Source: Rubripirellula sp.
Lineage (GTDB): Bacteria > Planctomycetota > Planctomycetia > Pirellulales > Pirellulaceae
Assembly (NCBI GenBank): GCA_965216875.1
Contig: OZ244207.1
Span: 128,001-192,000 of the forward strand
Direction of reading: 5' to 3'
DNA: 64,000 nt
In this document: positions 9,187 to 18,861 of the stretch, piece by piece
How the letters are laid out: every line of letters starts with the position of its first letter
Numbering within the stretch: position 1 is the stretch's first letter
Program-made: the position numbers and the translations under genes
Notes under the pieces: generated by a model
Database searches by the model: none
What the model was told of the DNA's origin: nothing
The model's input: the letters and a program-made list of their open reading frames with translations, nothing else

Positions 9187-10584
9187 TTACGCCAAGATGC
9201 TGTGAGCGACTTTGCCCGCGACATTGGTCAACCGAAAGTCTCTGCCAGCGTATCGGTAGGTGAGCTTTTCATGATCGAGACCGAGTAGATGCAGGATCGT
9301 CGCATGCCAATCATGCGTGTGCATGCGATCTTCAACCGCTTCGTAGCCAAGGTCGTCCGTTGCACCATAACTAAAGCCGCCCTTCACACCTGCACCCGCC
9401 ATCCAAGACGCGTACCCCTTGCTGTTGTGGCCGCGACCACTGCCCGTCCCATGTGGCGTGCGTCCAAATTCGCCGGCCCAGATCACAAGTGTGTCTTTTA
9501 GCAGGCCGCGTTGCTTCAAGTCGGCCAGCAAACCCGCAATCGGTTTGTCGACTGCCGAGCAGGATTCGGGAAGACTCTCAGCAAGTCCCGAATGGTGATC
9601 CCAGCCACTGGTGCCGATTTCGATGAAACGAACTCCGGCTTCGGCCATGCGACGTGCAAGCAAGCACTGAGTCCCAAAGTTGTTGGTCGCGGGTTCGCCG
9701 ATGCCGTACATCGCTTTTGTCCTTTCGGACTCTTGTGACAACTCCATCACGTTGGGCATCGAAGATTGCATGCGGTAGGCCAACTCATACGATTGCATGA
9801 TGCCTTCGACTTGAGGCTGGTGGACCTCCTGGTTCAATGTTGCTTGGTTGAGTTTTTTGAGTAGGTCAAGCTGAGTGCGTTGTGAACGCGCGTCGAGTGA
9901 TGGGTTGCTGATGTTGGGAATGGATTCGTCCGAGGAGGTCGCGCCGCGTGCACCACGTCCCGATCCGCCAGTCCCCGCGTTCACGTTGGTCGCTTGATAC
10001 CGCGCCGGCAGGAACGAACTGCCGTAACAAACGCCGCCCGCGCGACCCTCTTGGCCCATCATGACGAAGCCGGGCAAATCGGCGTTATCGGTCCCCAATC
10101 CATAGACACTCCACGCTCCCAGTGACGGACGAACAAACTGCGCTGATCCCGTATGGGCGGCGCGTTCCGCGGTCGGATGGTTGGGTTGGTCACACGCCAT
10201 GCTGCGGATCAAACAGAGATCATCCGCGTGGTTGGCGACATGAGGAAACAGATCCGAAATCCACAGACCACTTTGTCCACGTTGGCGAAATGGCGAGATG
10301 GGAGCCATCATGCGTCCGGACCGCCCACCGGCTTGCCCATCAGCCTTGATCAGTTGGGGCTTGTAGTCGAACGTGTCGACATGGGAGGGCGCCCCATTCA
10401 TAAACAGCATGATCACGCGTTTGGCACGAGCCGGGAAGTGTGTGTCCCGCGGCGCAAGCGGATTGTCACGCGAGCCTACACCGAGGGCGTCGCGTGTGGC
10501 CATCGCGGCGAAAGCGAGCGAACCGAAGCCCGTCGAAATGGTTTGAATCGCTTGTCGACGATTGATCTTGTTCATTGGAATCAC
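9187..10584 (-). CDS. DUF1501 domain protein with Tat-type signal
   Basis: NRRQAI signal; AKRVIMLFMNGAPSHVDTFDYKP; GWDHH; TLVIWAGEFGRTP; HATILHLLGLDHEKLTY. Confidence 0.92.
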   Translation of the reverse strand: MIPMNKINRRQAIQTISTGFGSLAFAAMATRDALGVGSRDNPLAPRDTHFPARAKRVIMLFMNGAPSHVDTFDYKPQLIKADGQAGGRSGRMMAPISPFRQRGQSGLWISDLFPHVANHADDLCLIRSMACDQPNHPTAERAAHTGSAQFVRPSLGAWSVYGLGTDNADLPGFVMMGQEGRAGGVCYGSSFLPARYQATNVNAGTGGSGRGARGATSSDESIPNISNPSLDARSQRTQLDLLKKLNQATLNQEVHQPQVEGIMQSYELAYRMQSSMPNVMELSQESERTKAMYGIGEPATNNFGTQCLLARRMAEAGVRFIEIGTSGWDHHSGLAESLPESCSAVDKPIAGLLADLKQRGLLKDTLVIWAGEFGRTPHGTGSGRGHNSKGYASWMAGAGVKGGFSYGATDDLGYEAVEDRMHTHDWHATILHLLGLDHEKLTYRYAGRDFRLTNVAGKVAHSILA

Positions 10585-10587
10585 CGA

Positions 10588-13137
10588 TTAATTCAAGATT
10601 CGAAAACGGGCACTCGCCATCAACGTTTGGCAGAACACGGCAAATGTTTGATTGTTGGCTGCGATGAATTGCGACGGTTCGGTCGTGCCACGCATCCCTC
10701 GCCGCCCACCGCGCGCACTGGGCGCACTGGGCCCGGATCCGCCACCTCGGTTCGAGCGTGCTCCGCCACGTCGGTTCGGGCGTGCTCCGTCAGTTCCAAC
10801 GGGTCGGCGACTGACCGCTGCACCGTCAACGCGGCCTACCAATTGGCCCGATGGCTTGAAGTCGCGAAAGAACTCGGCACTGGCTCGTCGTTCCTCTGCG
10901 GTAGCGGGGCGACCATACGCCCAAAGGAATGCCATGCGGATTTGGTCATCGAGGTTGCTGAAGTGTTGCTCAAGCGTCGCAGCCATTCCTTGGGCTTGTG
11001 TCGCAACGAAATCGCCATTCATGAGGTACAACGCCTGTGTCGGCACGATGGACTCGGAACGTCCGGCGCTAGGGATGTTGGGGTCTGGGAAATCGAAAAG
11101 GTCCAGCGCCGAGGGAAGATTGTCCCTGATGATCGGAAGGTAAACGGATCGATGCGGGGCCTCGGCAATCGCGTCGGCAGGGCCGCGTCGTCCGAGGGTG
11201 GATTGCGAATTCGAAGGACGCTCGAGCTCGATTCGACCTGACATCGCAAGCATGGCGTCACGCATCGATTCGGCATCGATCTGTCGCGAGTTGGCTCGCC
11301 ACAACAGCTTGTTGTCGGGATCGACTTCGTAGTTGGCGGCGTTGTATTTCGAACTTCGTTGGTAGGTTTCGGTCAGCACGATCTCGCGGATCATCGCCTT
11401 GATGCTCCAATTCTGATCCATGAATCGCGTCGCAAGATGATCCAGCAGAGCTTGGTTAGTCGGCGCCGTTCCCGCAAATCCAAAGTTCGTTGGTGTTTCC
11501 ACCAGCGGCTTACCGAGCAAGTGCATCCAGATTCGATTGACCATCACTCGAGCCGTCAATGGATTGCGTTTGGAGGTCATCGCCTTGGCAAGTTCCAATC
11601 GGCCGGATGCCGTGTCGCTACGAACTGTGAAGTTCAAGTCGCCAAACACCTGAACGAACCCGCGTGGTACTTCTTGAGCCGGCTTGTCGACTTCGCCGCC
11701 GATCAAGAGATTCGCGTTGACCATCTCACCGAGGTCTTGCACGCCCATCGCAAACGCTTTGGCCGACCCGTCAGGATTGAGAGCGGCAAGTTGAGTGGCA
11801 AGACGATTGCGGAGATTGCGGACCTGCCTACGATCCTTGCCCCGCATGTTCGCCATCTTTTGGTCAAGCTCGGCGATCCGCTGATTCAGAGCGGCCATCG
11901 ATGTGTTGCCGGATCTTGGCGAACTGGACGCTTTTGAAGCGGATTGCGATTCAGCACCCGGCAGCAATAGCAAGTCACTCGGACGATGGTTTTGCGCGAT
12001 GCGACTGGTGCCATAATAGGTTTTGGTGCTGTACATGATCCCCGCCAAAGCGTAGTAGTCGTCGGCTGGGATTGGATCGTATTTGTGGTCATGACATCGC
12101 GCGCATGCGACCGTCAAACCAAGTACCGACTGAGTCATCGTGTCGATCTGTTCGTCGACCATGTCGGACATGAACTTGCGAGGGTTCTTTTGGTCCTGGT
12201 GTTTCAAGCCGATGGCAAGAAACCCGGTTGCGATCAAGTTCTTCTGCCACTGCTCGTCGTTCTTCACCGGCAGCAAGTCGCCTGCGATTTGTTCGGTGAT
12301 GAAGCGATCGTAGGGTGTGTCTGCGTTGAACGAATCGATGACATAGTTTCGATATCGCCATGCATGTGGGTATGGCACGTTGCGCGAACCGGACGATTCG
12401 GCATAACGAGCAACATCCAACCAATGGCGTCCCCATCGTTCGCCGTATTGAGGTCGATCCAAGAGTTCATCGACTTTCGCTTTGACCGCTCCGTCGGGAT
12501 CGCTACGGAAAGCAACGACAAACGCTTCAATCTCCTTTGGCATCGGCGGCAGACCGATCAAATCAAAATAGATGCGGCGTACTAACGAATAGGCGTCCGC
12601 TGGTTCGGACGCGAGCAAACCCTCGGCGGCAAGTTTTTCTTCAACAAGAGCATCGATCGTGGCCGTGGGACGACGTTTGGGCGGTTGGAATGCCCAGTGC
12701 TCCTTACGTCCCTGCTCGATCTCTTTCGCTGTGATTTTGGTTTTGAATTCGAGCAGTTCGCGGACTCGTGGGTCGGGTGCTCCCATGTCGATCCACTGTT
12801 TGAACTTCGCAATCACCGATGCAGGCATCTTTTCACTGGGCGGCATTTCGTAGCCGTCCCAATTGATCGCTTCCCATAGCAGGCTCTGCTCGGCATCGCC
12901 GGGGACGACGGCCGGGCCATTGTCCCCGCCCTGCAAGAGCCCGATTCGTGAATCGACCAGCAAACCTGCACGACTATCGCCCGCCTCGACGCTATGGCAG
13001 TCGTAGCAATACTTGACCAACGCCGGGCGGATGTTCGTTTCGAAGAATTTGATTTGGGCAGTCGTTGGCTGCTGGGCCTGGGCAGGCTCCGGCGCCGCCA
13101 ACAGGGCCACGGCCAACGCAAGAACGATGTTCTTCAT
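10588..13137 (-). CDS. Planctomycete cytochrome c / DUF1549 (PSCyt2) / DUF1553 (PSD1) protein
   Basis: FFETNIRPALVKYCYDCH; YGERWGRHWLDVARYAES; CARCHDHKYDP; NPLTARVMVNRIW; QALYLMN. Confidence 0.93.
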   Translation of the reverse strand: MKNIVLALAVALLAAPEPAQAQQPTTAQIKFFETNIRPALVKYCYDCHSVEAGDSRAGLLVDSRIGLLQGGDNGPAVVPGDAEQSLLWEAINWDGYEMPPSEKMPASVIAKFKQWIDMGAPDPRVRELLEFKTKITAKEIEQGRKEHWAFQPPKRRPTATIDALVEEKLAAEGLLASEPADAYSLVRRIYFDLIGLPPMPKEIEAFVVAFRSDPDGAVKAKVDELLDRPQYGERWGRHWLDVARYAESSGSRNVPYPHAWRYRNYVIDSFNADTPYDRFITEQIAGDLLPVKNDEQWQKNLIATGFLAIGLKHQDQKNPRKFMSDMVDEQIDTMTQSVLGLTVACARCHDHKYDPIPADDYYALAGIMYSTKTYYGTSRIAQNHRPSDLLLLPGAESQSASKASSSPRSGNTSMAALNQRIAELDQKMANMRGKDRRQVRNLRNRLATQLAALNPDGSAKAFAMGVQDLGEMVNANLLIGGEVDKPAQEVPRGFVQVFGDLNFTVRSDTASGRLELAKAMTSKRNPLTARVMVNRIWMHLLGKPLVETPTNFGFAGTAPTNQALLDHLATRFMDQNWSIKAMIREIVLTETYQRSSKYNAANYEVDPDNKLLWRANSRQIDAESMRDAMLAMSGRIELERPSNSQSTLGRRGPADAIAEAPHRSVYLPIIRDNLPSALDLFDFPDPNIPSAGRSESIVPTQALYLMNGDFVATQAQGMAATLEQHFSNLDDQIRMAFLWAYGRPATAEERRASAEFFRDFKPSGQLVGRVDGAAVSRRPVGTDGARPNRRGGARSNRGGGSGPSAPSARGGRRGMRGTTEPSQFIAANNQTFAVFCQTLMASARFRILN

Positions 13138-13469
13138 GATTGAATCCCTAGGAAAAGGCGACGCCAGCTGGCTCTACAGTCAAAAACGGACCGATGGCTG
13201 GAACAGCGACAGCACGGTCGATTTTTTTTGAGGATCTCGATCACGCCGCGGCGGCCCTGCGGGGAACTGCCTGAGGACGGACGGTGGTCGGACGGTGGTC
13301 GGACGGCTCGTGGGGGATTGCCGGATCTGCGTCGCTGTCGCTCCTTGATCCGGCCTACAAAACACTACAACCGTTTCGATCGTTGGGACTCGACTTTGGC
13401 GCGGCACGGGGCATGAAAGCGACCTACCTTTGAGCGTATTGCACGTTCACTCGGTGGAAATCGCCCGTC

Positions 13470-14909
13470 ATGACATCGTCGACCCCCATTCCTTGGAAAC
13501 ACATTCGCAACGTTTTGGTGCTGTTTGCACCCCTTTGGGTCGGTGCAACGTTGCTGTTTGGCGTGTCGGGCGCGTGCTATTCCTTTTTGCGAGCTGACGT
13601 TTGGCAAGCACGCCAAGCGCTTGTCGTGCGAGACGAAGCGACCAGCGCCGTGGATCGCCTCGGACGTTTCAGCAGTCAGGCCGAGTTGAAGGCAGCTCAA
13701 GAAACGATTCTCGAAATGGCACAGAACCCCGAAGTTGTCGGCGCGGCCTTGCGCCAAATCGGACCGCCCGATGGCGATGATGCGGGTTGGCCATCAAGCA
13801 AAGTGATCGACGGCATCGCGGCAGATTGTGTCAACATCGTCGCGCCAAAGGGATCTGAATTTGGCAATAGCGAAGTCATTTACCTGCAAGTCAAGAGTGA
13901 CGACAAAGAACGCGCGATCGAGTTTTGCGAAGCGATGTTCGATAGTTTGACAGCCCAACTTCAAAACGTACGGCGTGTTCGCGCCGATAGCGTGATTGCG
14001 GAATTGTCTTTGGCACGCGACCTAGCTGAAAGAAACTTGGACGATGCTTCCGAGCGGATAAGGCAGATCGAAGTTCAGTTCGGTTCCGACCTCGGCGAGC
14101 TTCGTAACTTGAATGACACCATTTCGGGTGACGGAACGAACCGTCGTACCCTCGAACAAACCACCATAGAACGGCAAACCGCCGAGTTGGAATTGGATCG
14201 ACTCGAAGCGTTGCACGAATTGTTGACCGCCGGAGCCGATAACCCACAACATCTTTTGATCAGTGGCGGTGACCTCTTGGCAAGTCAACCATCGCTTCAA
14301 CGGTTGAAAGACGGATTGATTGATGCACAGCTTGCAGCCAGTCAACTGTCGGGAATCTATACCGCCGAGAATCCGAAACATCGCGCTGCTGTCGCTGCAG
14401 AAAAAGAGATCACTCGACGTATGCAACAGGAAGCGGCTGCGGTGATCCGCGCGATGGAACCTTCGCTGCGGCTTGCACGCCAACGGGTTGCGCGTCTTGC
14501 CGAACGCCAAGCAACGTTAACAAATCGATTGGCCGAGCTCGCACAAGCCCGCACCGACTACGCCAAGATCGATGCCGAAGTCAAAAACCGAACCCGTCAC
14601 CTTTCCGACTCCGAGCAAGCGCTCACCGAGGCGCAAGCGTCACGTTCGGCCGCGCTGGCAACGAACCTGATTGCGGAACTCGCTCCTCCACGTGTCGCGG
14701 ATGATCCCATCGGTCCCGGCGGAAGCCAACTGACACTCGGTTCGTCGATGGCGGGGCTCGTGTTTGGACTCGGAACGGTATTCCTGGTCGCGCCAGGTCC
14801 CACCGAGACGCGAGGTCGACGACGATGGAGTGACTACCTTAGCGGTGGCCGCCGAGCGACCGACAATCCCGGCACCTCCGATGGTGTCGATCGTCGACAG
14901 GGCGCATAG
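13470..14909 (+). CDS. GumC/Wzz-like polysaccharide co-polymerase (two TM segments, periplasmic coiled coil, no kinase domain)
   Basis: N-terminal TM; WQARQALVVR; long coiled coil; YTAENPKH; APPRVADDPIGP followed by a C-terminal TM. Confidence 0.75.
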   Translation: MTSSTPIPWKHIRNVLVLFAPLWVGATLLFGVSGACYSFLRADVWQARQALVVRDEATSAVDRLGRFSSQAELKAAQETILEMAQNPEVVGAALRQIGPPDGDDAGWPSSKVIDGIAADCVNIVAPKGSEFGNSEVIYLQVKSDDKERAIEFCEAMFDSLTAQLQNVRRVRADSVIAELSLARDLAERNLDDASERIRQIEVQFGSDLGELRNLNDTISGDGTNRRTLEQTTIERQTAELELDRLEALHELLTAGADNPQHLLISGGDLLASQPSLQRLKDGLIDAQLAASQLSGIYTAENPKHRAAVAAEKEITRRMQQEAAAVIRAMEPSLRLARQRVARLAERQATLTNRLAELAQARTDYAKIDAEVKNRTRHLSDSEQALTEAQASRSAALATNLIAELAPPRVADDPIGPGGSQLTLGSSMAGLVFGLGTVFLVAPGPTETRGRRRWSDYLSGGRRATDNPGTSDGVDRRQGA

Positions 14910-14912
14910 GTA

Positions 14913-15335
14913 TTGATGAGCGGCAACGTCCCCACTGATGCTGACAGCACATTCGTCTCTCGAACGACTTGTGCAGTGCTGACCTACGTCGGTGTGCTCG
15001 GATTGTTGCTGGTCGTGACATCGACGACCGTGCTGCCGCATAGTCAAGCATTCGTTTGGGCTGCATTCAACGCACACTGGCAGGCACGCGTTGTACGCGG
15101 CCACGGTGCGAGCGAACGCTCAGCAACACCGCTGCCACATCAAGTCATCTGCACGCTCATCATCTTGATGTTGTCGCTGATTTCGATTCCGCTGCATCTG
15201 CTGGCACCAACGACCTTTCCCGAATGGTACGTGGGGCCAGCGATGACGGCGATCGTTTGGCCGATGTTTGCGGTCATGGATGCGATCGCAGGTCCGGTGA
15301 TGCGAAGAGCTTATCCCAGCAACGCGGCTAGTTGA
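14913..15335 (+). CDS. Hypothetical membrane protein
   Basis: 140 aa with 3-4 hydrophobic segments, starting 3 nt after the previous stop; overlaps the convergent DUF2141 gene by 8 nt. Confidence 0.5.
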   Translation: MMSGNVPTDADSTFVSRTTCAVLTYVGVLGLLLVVTSTTVLPHSQAFVWAAFNAHWQARVVRGHGASERSATPLPHQVICTLIILMLSLISIPLHLLAPTTFPEWYVGPAMTAIVWPMFAVMDAIAGPVMRRAYPSNAAS

Positions 15336-15906
15336 TCTTGACCTCGATCGTTCCACCTGCAGCTGGTAGCTCGATCACGGCTTCTTCAAAGGACGGTGGG
15401 CCGGTGAGTCCGCGTGCGCCGCGCGAGTAACCATAGCTTTCGGTCGGGATGCCAAAGCCATTGCGGTTGAGCTCGCCGTTGTTGTCTTCGTCGTGATAGG
15501 CTGCCACCGCGAGCCGCTCTGGCAATGCGTCTCGTTCAACCACCCACGATGCGATCCCCTCTTCAATGTGGACCGAATTTAATTGGCTCGCTTGTTCCTT
15601 GCGATTGAATGCCTCGGATGCGCCGTAAACTGCGATCATCATCATGCCCTGACTGTTTGATGCGCCGGTGACTCGGATCATCACCGTGCCTTCGAGTTCG
15701 TCGGGCTGTGCTTCCACCACAGGAATCGCACTCCCGTCAGGAAAACGGGGTGGCACGAATCGCAATTGACGGTAGGCCAAAATGCTAGCACCGACCAAAA
15801 AAATGACGATCACGAACGCAACCAAGAAGTTACCGTGATTCTCTTGCCATGCGGTTGGCGGCTCAGGTGTGGTCGGCTCGCCATCAATCGTCGAAGGGGT
15901 AGACAT
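15328..15906 (-). CDS. DUF2141 family membrane-anchored protein
   Basis: One TM; LAVAAYHDEDNNGELNRNGFGIPTESYGYSRGARGLTGPPSFEEA signature. Confidence 0.85.
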   Translation of the reverse strand: MSTPSTIDGEPTTPEPPTAWQENHGNFLVAFVIVIFLVGASILAYRQLRFVPPRFPDGSAIPVVEAQPDELEGTVMIRVTGASNSQGMMMIAVYGASEAFNRKEQASQLNSVHIEEGIASWVVERDALPERLAVAAYHDEDNNGELNRNGFGIPTESYGYSRGARGLTGPPSFEEAVIELPAAGGTIEVKIN

Positions 15907-16280
15907 AAATGGAGATACTAGGCGTCTGAAAAGGAAGCCGCGGCTCACGGGAAGCGGCTGCGGGGGCACCCCCGATTATCTCCCAAAACAGGGCGATTCA
16001 TCAACAGCCTGGCCCCTCTGCGGAAGCGGACGTACGGAGTCTATCACGAAAGTGCAGCTGATTAGAGCGTGGGGCGCCGTCGATTGGCCCACAATGGCGC
16101 GCCCGCCTTCTGGGGAAGGTCACTGGAGCGTGCTTTGGGGCGAGCAATTTCTCCTCTGGCGTTCGCCATCAGAAAAAGCCGAAAGTACCCGTGGAATCGC
16201 GCTGCTCGTTGACTTCGCATTACGCTTCCTCAACCAGCTGGGCTTTTAGGCTGTGTACCAATCCGGACATTGATCTCACG

Positions 16281-17213
16281 ATGACTTCGGCTGTCGATAT
16301 CAACCAAGTGCGAAAATCGTTTGGCGCCATCGATGCGCTTCGTGGGATGACTTTTTCAGTCCCTGAGGGCCAACGCGTCGCCTTGCTGGGGCCCAACGGG
16401 GCGGGAAAAACCACGCTTGTGCGGTGCCTTTGCGGCCGAACCAAGCTCAACTCGGGTTCGATCGATCTTTTCGGTGCACCGGCGACCGATGCGACCATCG
16501 CGACGACGATCGGTTTGGTCCCTCAGGAAATCGCACTCTACGGTGACTTGACCACTCGCGAAAACCTCTGGGCCTTTGGGCGGTTTTCGGGTCTAAAACG
16601 CAACGAGCTGCGCCATCGAGTTGACTGGGCACTCGCCTGGACCGGATTGGAAGATCGAGCGGGCGATTTGGTCGGCACGTTTTCTGGCGGGATGCAGCGC
16701 CGGGTCAACCTCGCTTGCGGCGTGATGCATCGCCCACGCGTGTTGCTATTGGATGAACCAACCGTCGGAGTCGACCCGCAAAGCCGTCAACGCATCTTCG
16801 AAATGCTTGATGAGTTGAATCAGCTTGGCACCACGATCTTATTGACGACACATCATCTGGATGAAGCTCAGCAGCGCAGTGATCGGATCGTGATCGTGGA
16901 CAAGGGCCAAGTGATCGCTGATGGAACATTGGACGAATTGATCGACAAGACGGTTGGCAGTCAGCGAATGGTCAGCCTGAGAATTGATCGGCCGCTGAGT
17001 CAACCGATCATGTCGCATGCCGCTGGCAAGCATCCTCTTGGGCGAACCGGGCAACAGGTCGTTTCCACTCGAATCCAAAACGCGTCGCACGAGTTGCCAA
17101 TGTTGCTCGACGCCGCACGGCAATCGGGTTACGAAGTATCCGACGTTCAAGTGCATTCACCAACATTGCACCACGTGTTTCTCCACCTGACCGGACACGA
17201 GCTGCGTGATTGA
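16281..17213 (+). CDS. ABC-2 type exporter ATP-binding subunit
   Basis: Walker A GPNGAGKT; signature FSGGM; Walker B LLLDEPTVGVDPQSR; H-loop TTHH. Confidence 0.95.
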   Translation: MTSAVDINQVRKSFGAIDALRGMTFSVPEGQRVALLGPNGAGKTTLVRCLCGRTKLNSGSIDLFGAPATDATIATTIGLVPQEIALYGDLTTRENLWAFGRFSGLKRNELRHRVDWALAWTGLEDRAGDLVGTFSGGMQRRVNLACGVMHRPRVLLLDEPTVGVDPQSRQRIFEMLDELNQLGTTILLTTHHLDEAQQRSDRIVIVDKGQVIADGTLDELIDKTVGSQRMVSLRIDRPLSQPIMSHAAGKHPLGRTGQQVVSTRIQNASHELPMLLDAARQSGYEVSDVQVHSPTLHHVFLHLTGHELRD

Positions 17214-18444
17214 GGGTGCAATGGTCTTCGAAGTCTTTCTCACCAATGTTCGTCGTTTGCTACACAACCGCGTGGAGCTCGTGCTGACGTTTGTCGTTCC
17301 AATCGCATTCTTCAGCGTCTTTGCCGTGATCTTTGGCGGTGGCGTCGGCAGCGGCGCGACTCCAAAACTACGCGTGGTGATCACTGACGACGTGCAATCG
17401 CCGCAAAGCGAGGCCGTTCTCAGTCAACTCGAACAGGGTTCGACGTTTCGGTTGATGAACGAAGGCGAATCCAAAACCACACTGACGCGCGAAGAGTGCC
17501 AACAACTTGTTCGTCGCGGCAACGCGACGCTTGCGATTCGCTTGCAAGAAAAGGATGGACGCCTCCATGCCGAAATCCTCAGCGACGCGTCAGACCAGAT
17601 CGCGGGCCAAGTCGCCAGCGCGGTGGTCAGCAAAGCGCTCTTGATCGTCGAAGCAAAGCAACGCATGTCTGCCTCAAAGTCAATCACCCAGCACATGCCA
17701 TCGGTGGTCGCCGACACGACGCCCCAATACGATCCCGCACCCGAGCATGCTCCCGCAGCCGAAGTCGATCCCGCGCCAGAGCAAGCGGGTGACATCGCGA
17801 GCCCCGTCGAGTTGGTCGATGTGATGGCGAAGGGAAAGTCGAATCCTGTGGTCAGTATGTACGCCGCGGGGATCGCGGTGATGTTTCTCCTCTTTGGCGC
17901 GACCTCGGGCGGCGGCGCGCTGCTTGAAGAACGCGAGAACCGCACACTCGACCGATTGTTGTCTACCAAAATGACCATGGACCATTTGATCCTTGGCAAG
18001 TGGTTCTACTTGTCCGCAATCGGTGTGTTGCAAGTATCGGTGATGTTTGTTTGGGCGCAGATCGTATTTGGCGTCGATCTGCTGGGCCACTTGGATGGCT
18101 TCTTGATGATGACCGTCGTGACCGCATCGGCTGCCTCCGCGTTTGGTTTGTTGTTGGCGACGCTTTGCAAAACGCGCGGACAGCTCAACGGTCTGTCAGT
18201 GATCCTTGTGCTGACGATGAGCGCATTGGGCGGTTCGATGGTGCCGCGATACGTGATGAGCGAGTCGTTGCAGGAAATCGGTTTGTGGACGTTCAATGCT
18301 TGGGCGCTCGACGGCTACAACAAAGTCTTTTGGCGCGACCTTCCTGCCGCATCCCTGGCGCCACAACTTGCCGTCCTGCTCACCACCGCAATCGTCTTGC
18401 TGGTCACCGCTCGCGTGCTCGCGATCTCGTGGGAACGCGAGTAG
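17206..18444 (+). CDS. ABC-2 type exporter permease
   Basis: LVLTFVVPIAFF; LLEERENRTLDRLL; SALGGSMVP; six TM segments; overlaps the ATPase stop. Confidence 0.92.
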   Translation: MIEGAMVFEVFLTNVRRLLHNRVELVLTFVVPIAFFSVFAVIFGGGVGSGATPKLRVVITDDVQSPQSEAVLSQLEQGSTFRLMNEGESKTTLTREECQQLVRRGNATLAIRLQEKDGRLHAEILSDASDQIAGQVASAVVSKALLIVEAKQRMSASKSITQHMPSVVADTTPQYDPAPEHAPAAEVDPAPEQAGDIASPVELVDVMAKGKSNPVVSMYAAGIAVMFLLFGATSGGGALLEERENRTLDRLLSTKMTMDHLILGKWFYLSAIGVLQVSVMFVWAQIVFGVDLLGHLDGFLMMTVVTASAASAFGLLLATLCKTRGQLNGLSVILVLTMSALGGSMVPRYVMSESLQEIGLWTFNAWALDGYNKVFWRDLPAASLAPQLAVLLTTAIVLLVTARVLAISWERE

Positions 18445-18553
18445 GGCTGGCTGCAAGCGGTCGTTTCTAACAAGCTACCCGTTCGTAGTACCGAGCTTTA
18501 GCCGGGATCTTCTGCCGGTCGACCCTGCTTTCGAGGAGAGGCTGCGATTCTCT

Positions 18554-18674
18554 GTGAGCCGAACGCGCTAGCGTCGGGCCTTGGTACCCATCGTTGCGAC
18601 GCTCGCCAGAGCTTGGTGACTGTGGAAAGCGGTCTAACGATAAAAGCCACCTTCTGGCGAAGGTAGCTACGGGC
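18554..18674. repeat. Composite REP element (family B half plus a 78-bp family C REPIN)
   Basis: GTGAGCCGAACGCGCTAGCGTCGGGC, then GTtGCgACGCTCGCCAGAGCtTGG...CCACCTTCTGGCGAAGGTAGCTAC (18593-18670). Confidence 0.85.
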
Positions 18675-18861
18675 GCGGGAAAAGCTTGGAAAGGACGTGG
18701 TGCGAAGGGCGAATTGCAAGCACTCTCTCCTGCCGATACGGCATGGGACGGCGAACAAAAATCGCGCATAATGCCCTCTCAGAGTTTGCCAAAGGAGTGC
18801 GGTGATCTACCAACAGGACTCCTTTGGGTGGTAGTTCACACAACTTCAGGGATGAATCGGC

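Noticed and set aside
17731..17790. Short duplications inside genes (DPAPE x2 in the permease; GDWD x2 in the AraC gene near 26900)
   Set aside because: Small in-frame slippage duplications in linker regions, with no sign of a system
16281..18444. ABC-2 exporter as the missing ATPase for the TolC/HlyD locus
   Set aside because: It lies 8 kb away behind unrelated genes and is a stand-alone ABC-2 pair, not a type I secretion ABC; it cannot be fully excluded
18831..18847. SOS-box-like palindrome upstream of the Cho-like nuclease
   Set aside because: Imperfect (GTAGTT-N5-AACTTC), with no matching copy seen upstream of uvrC
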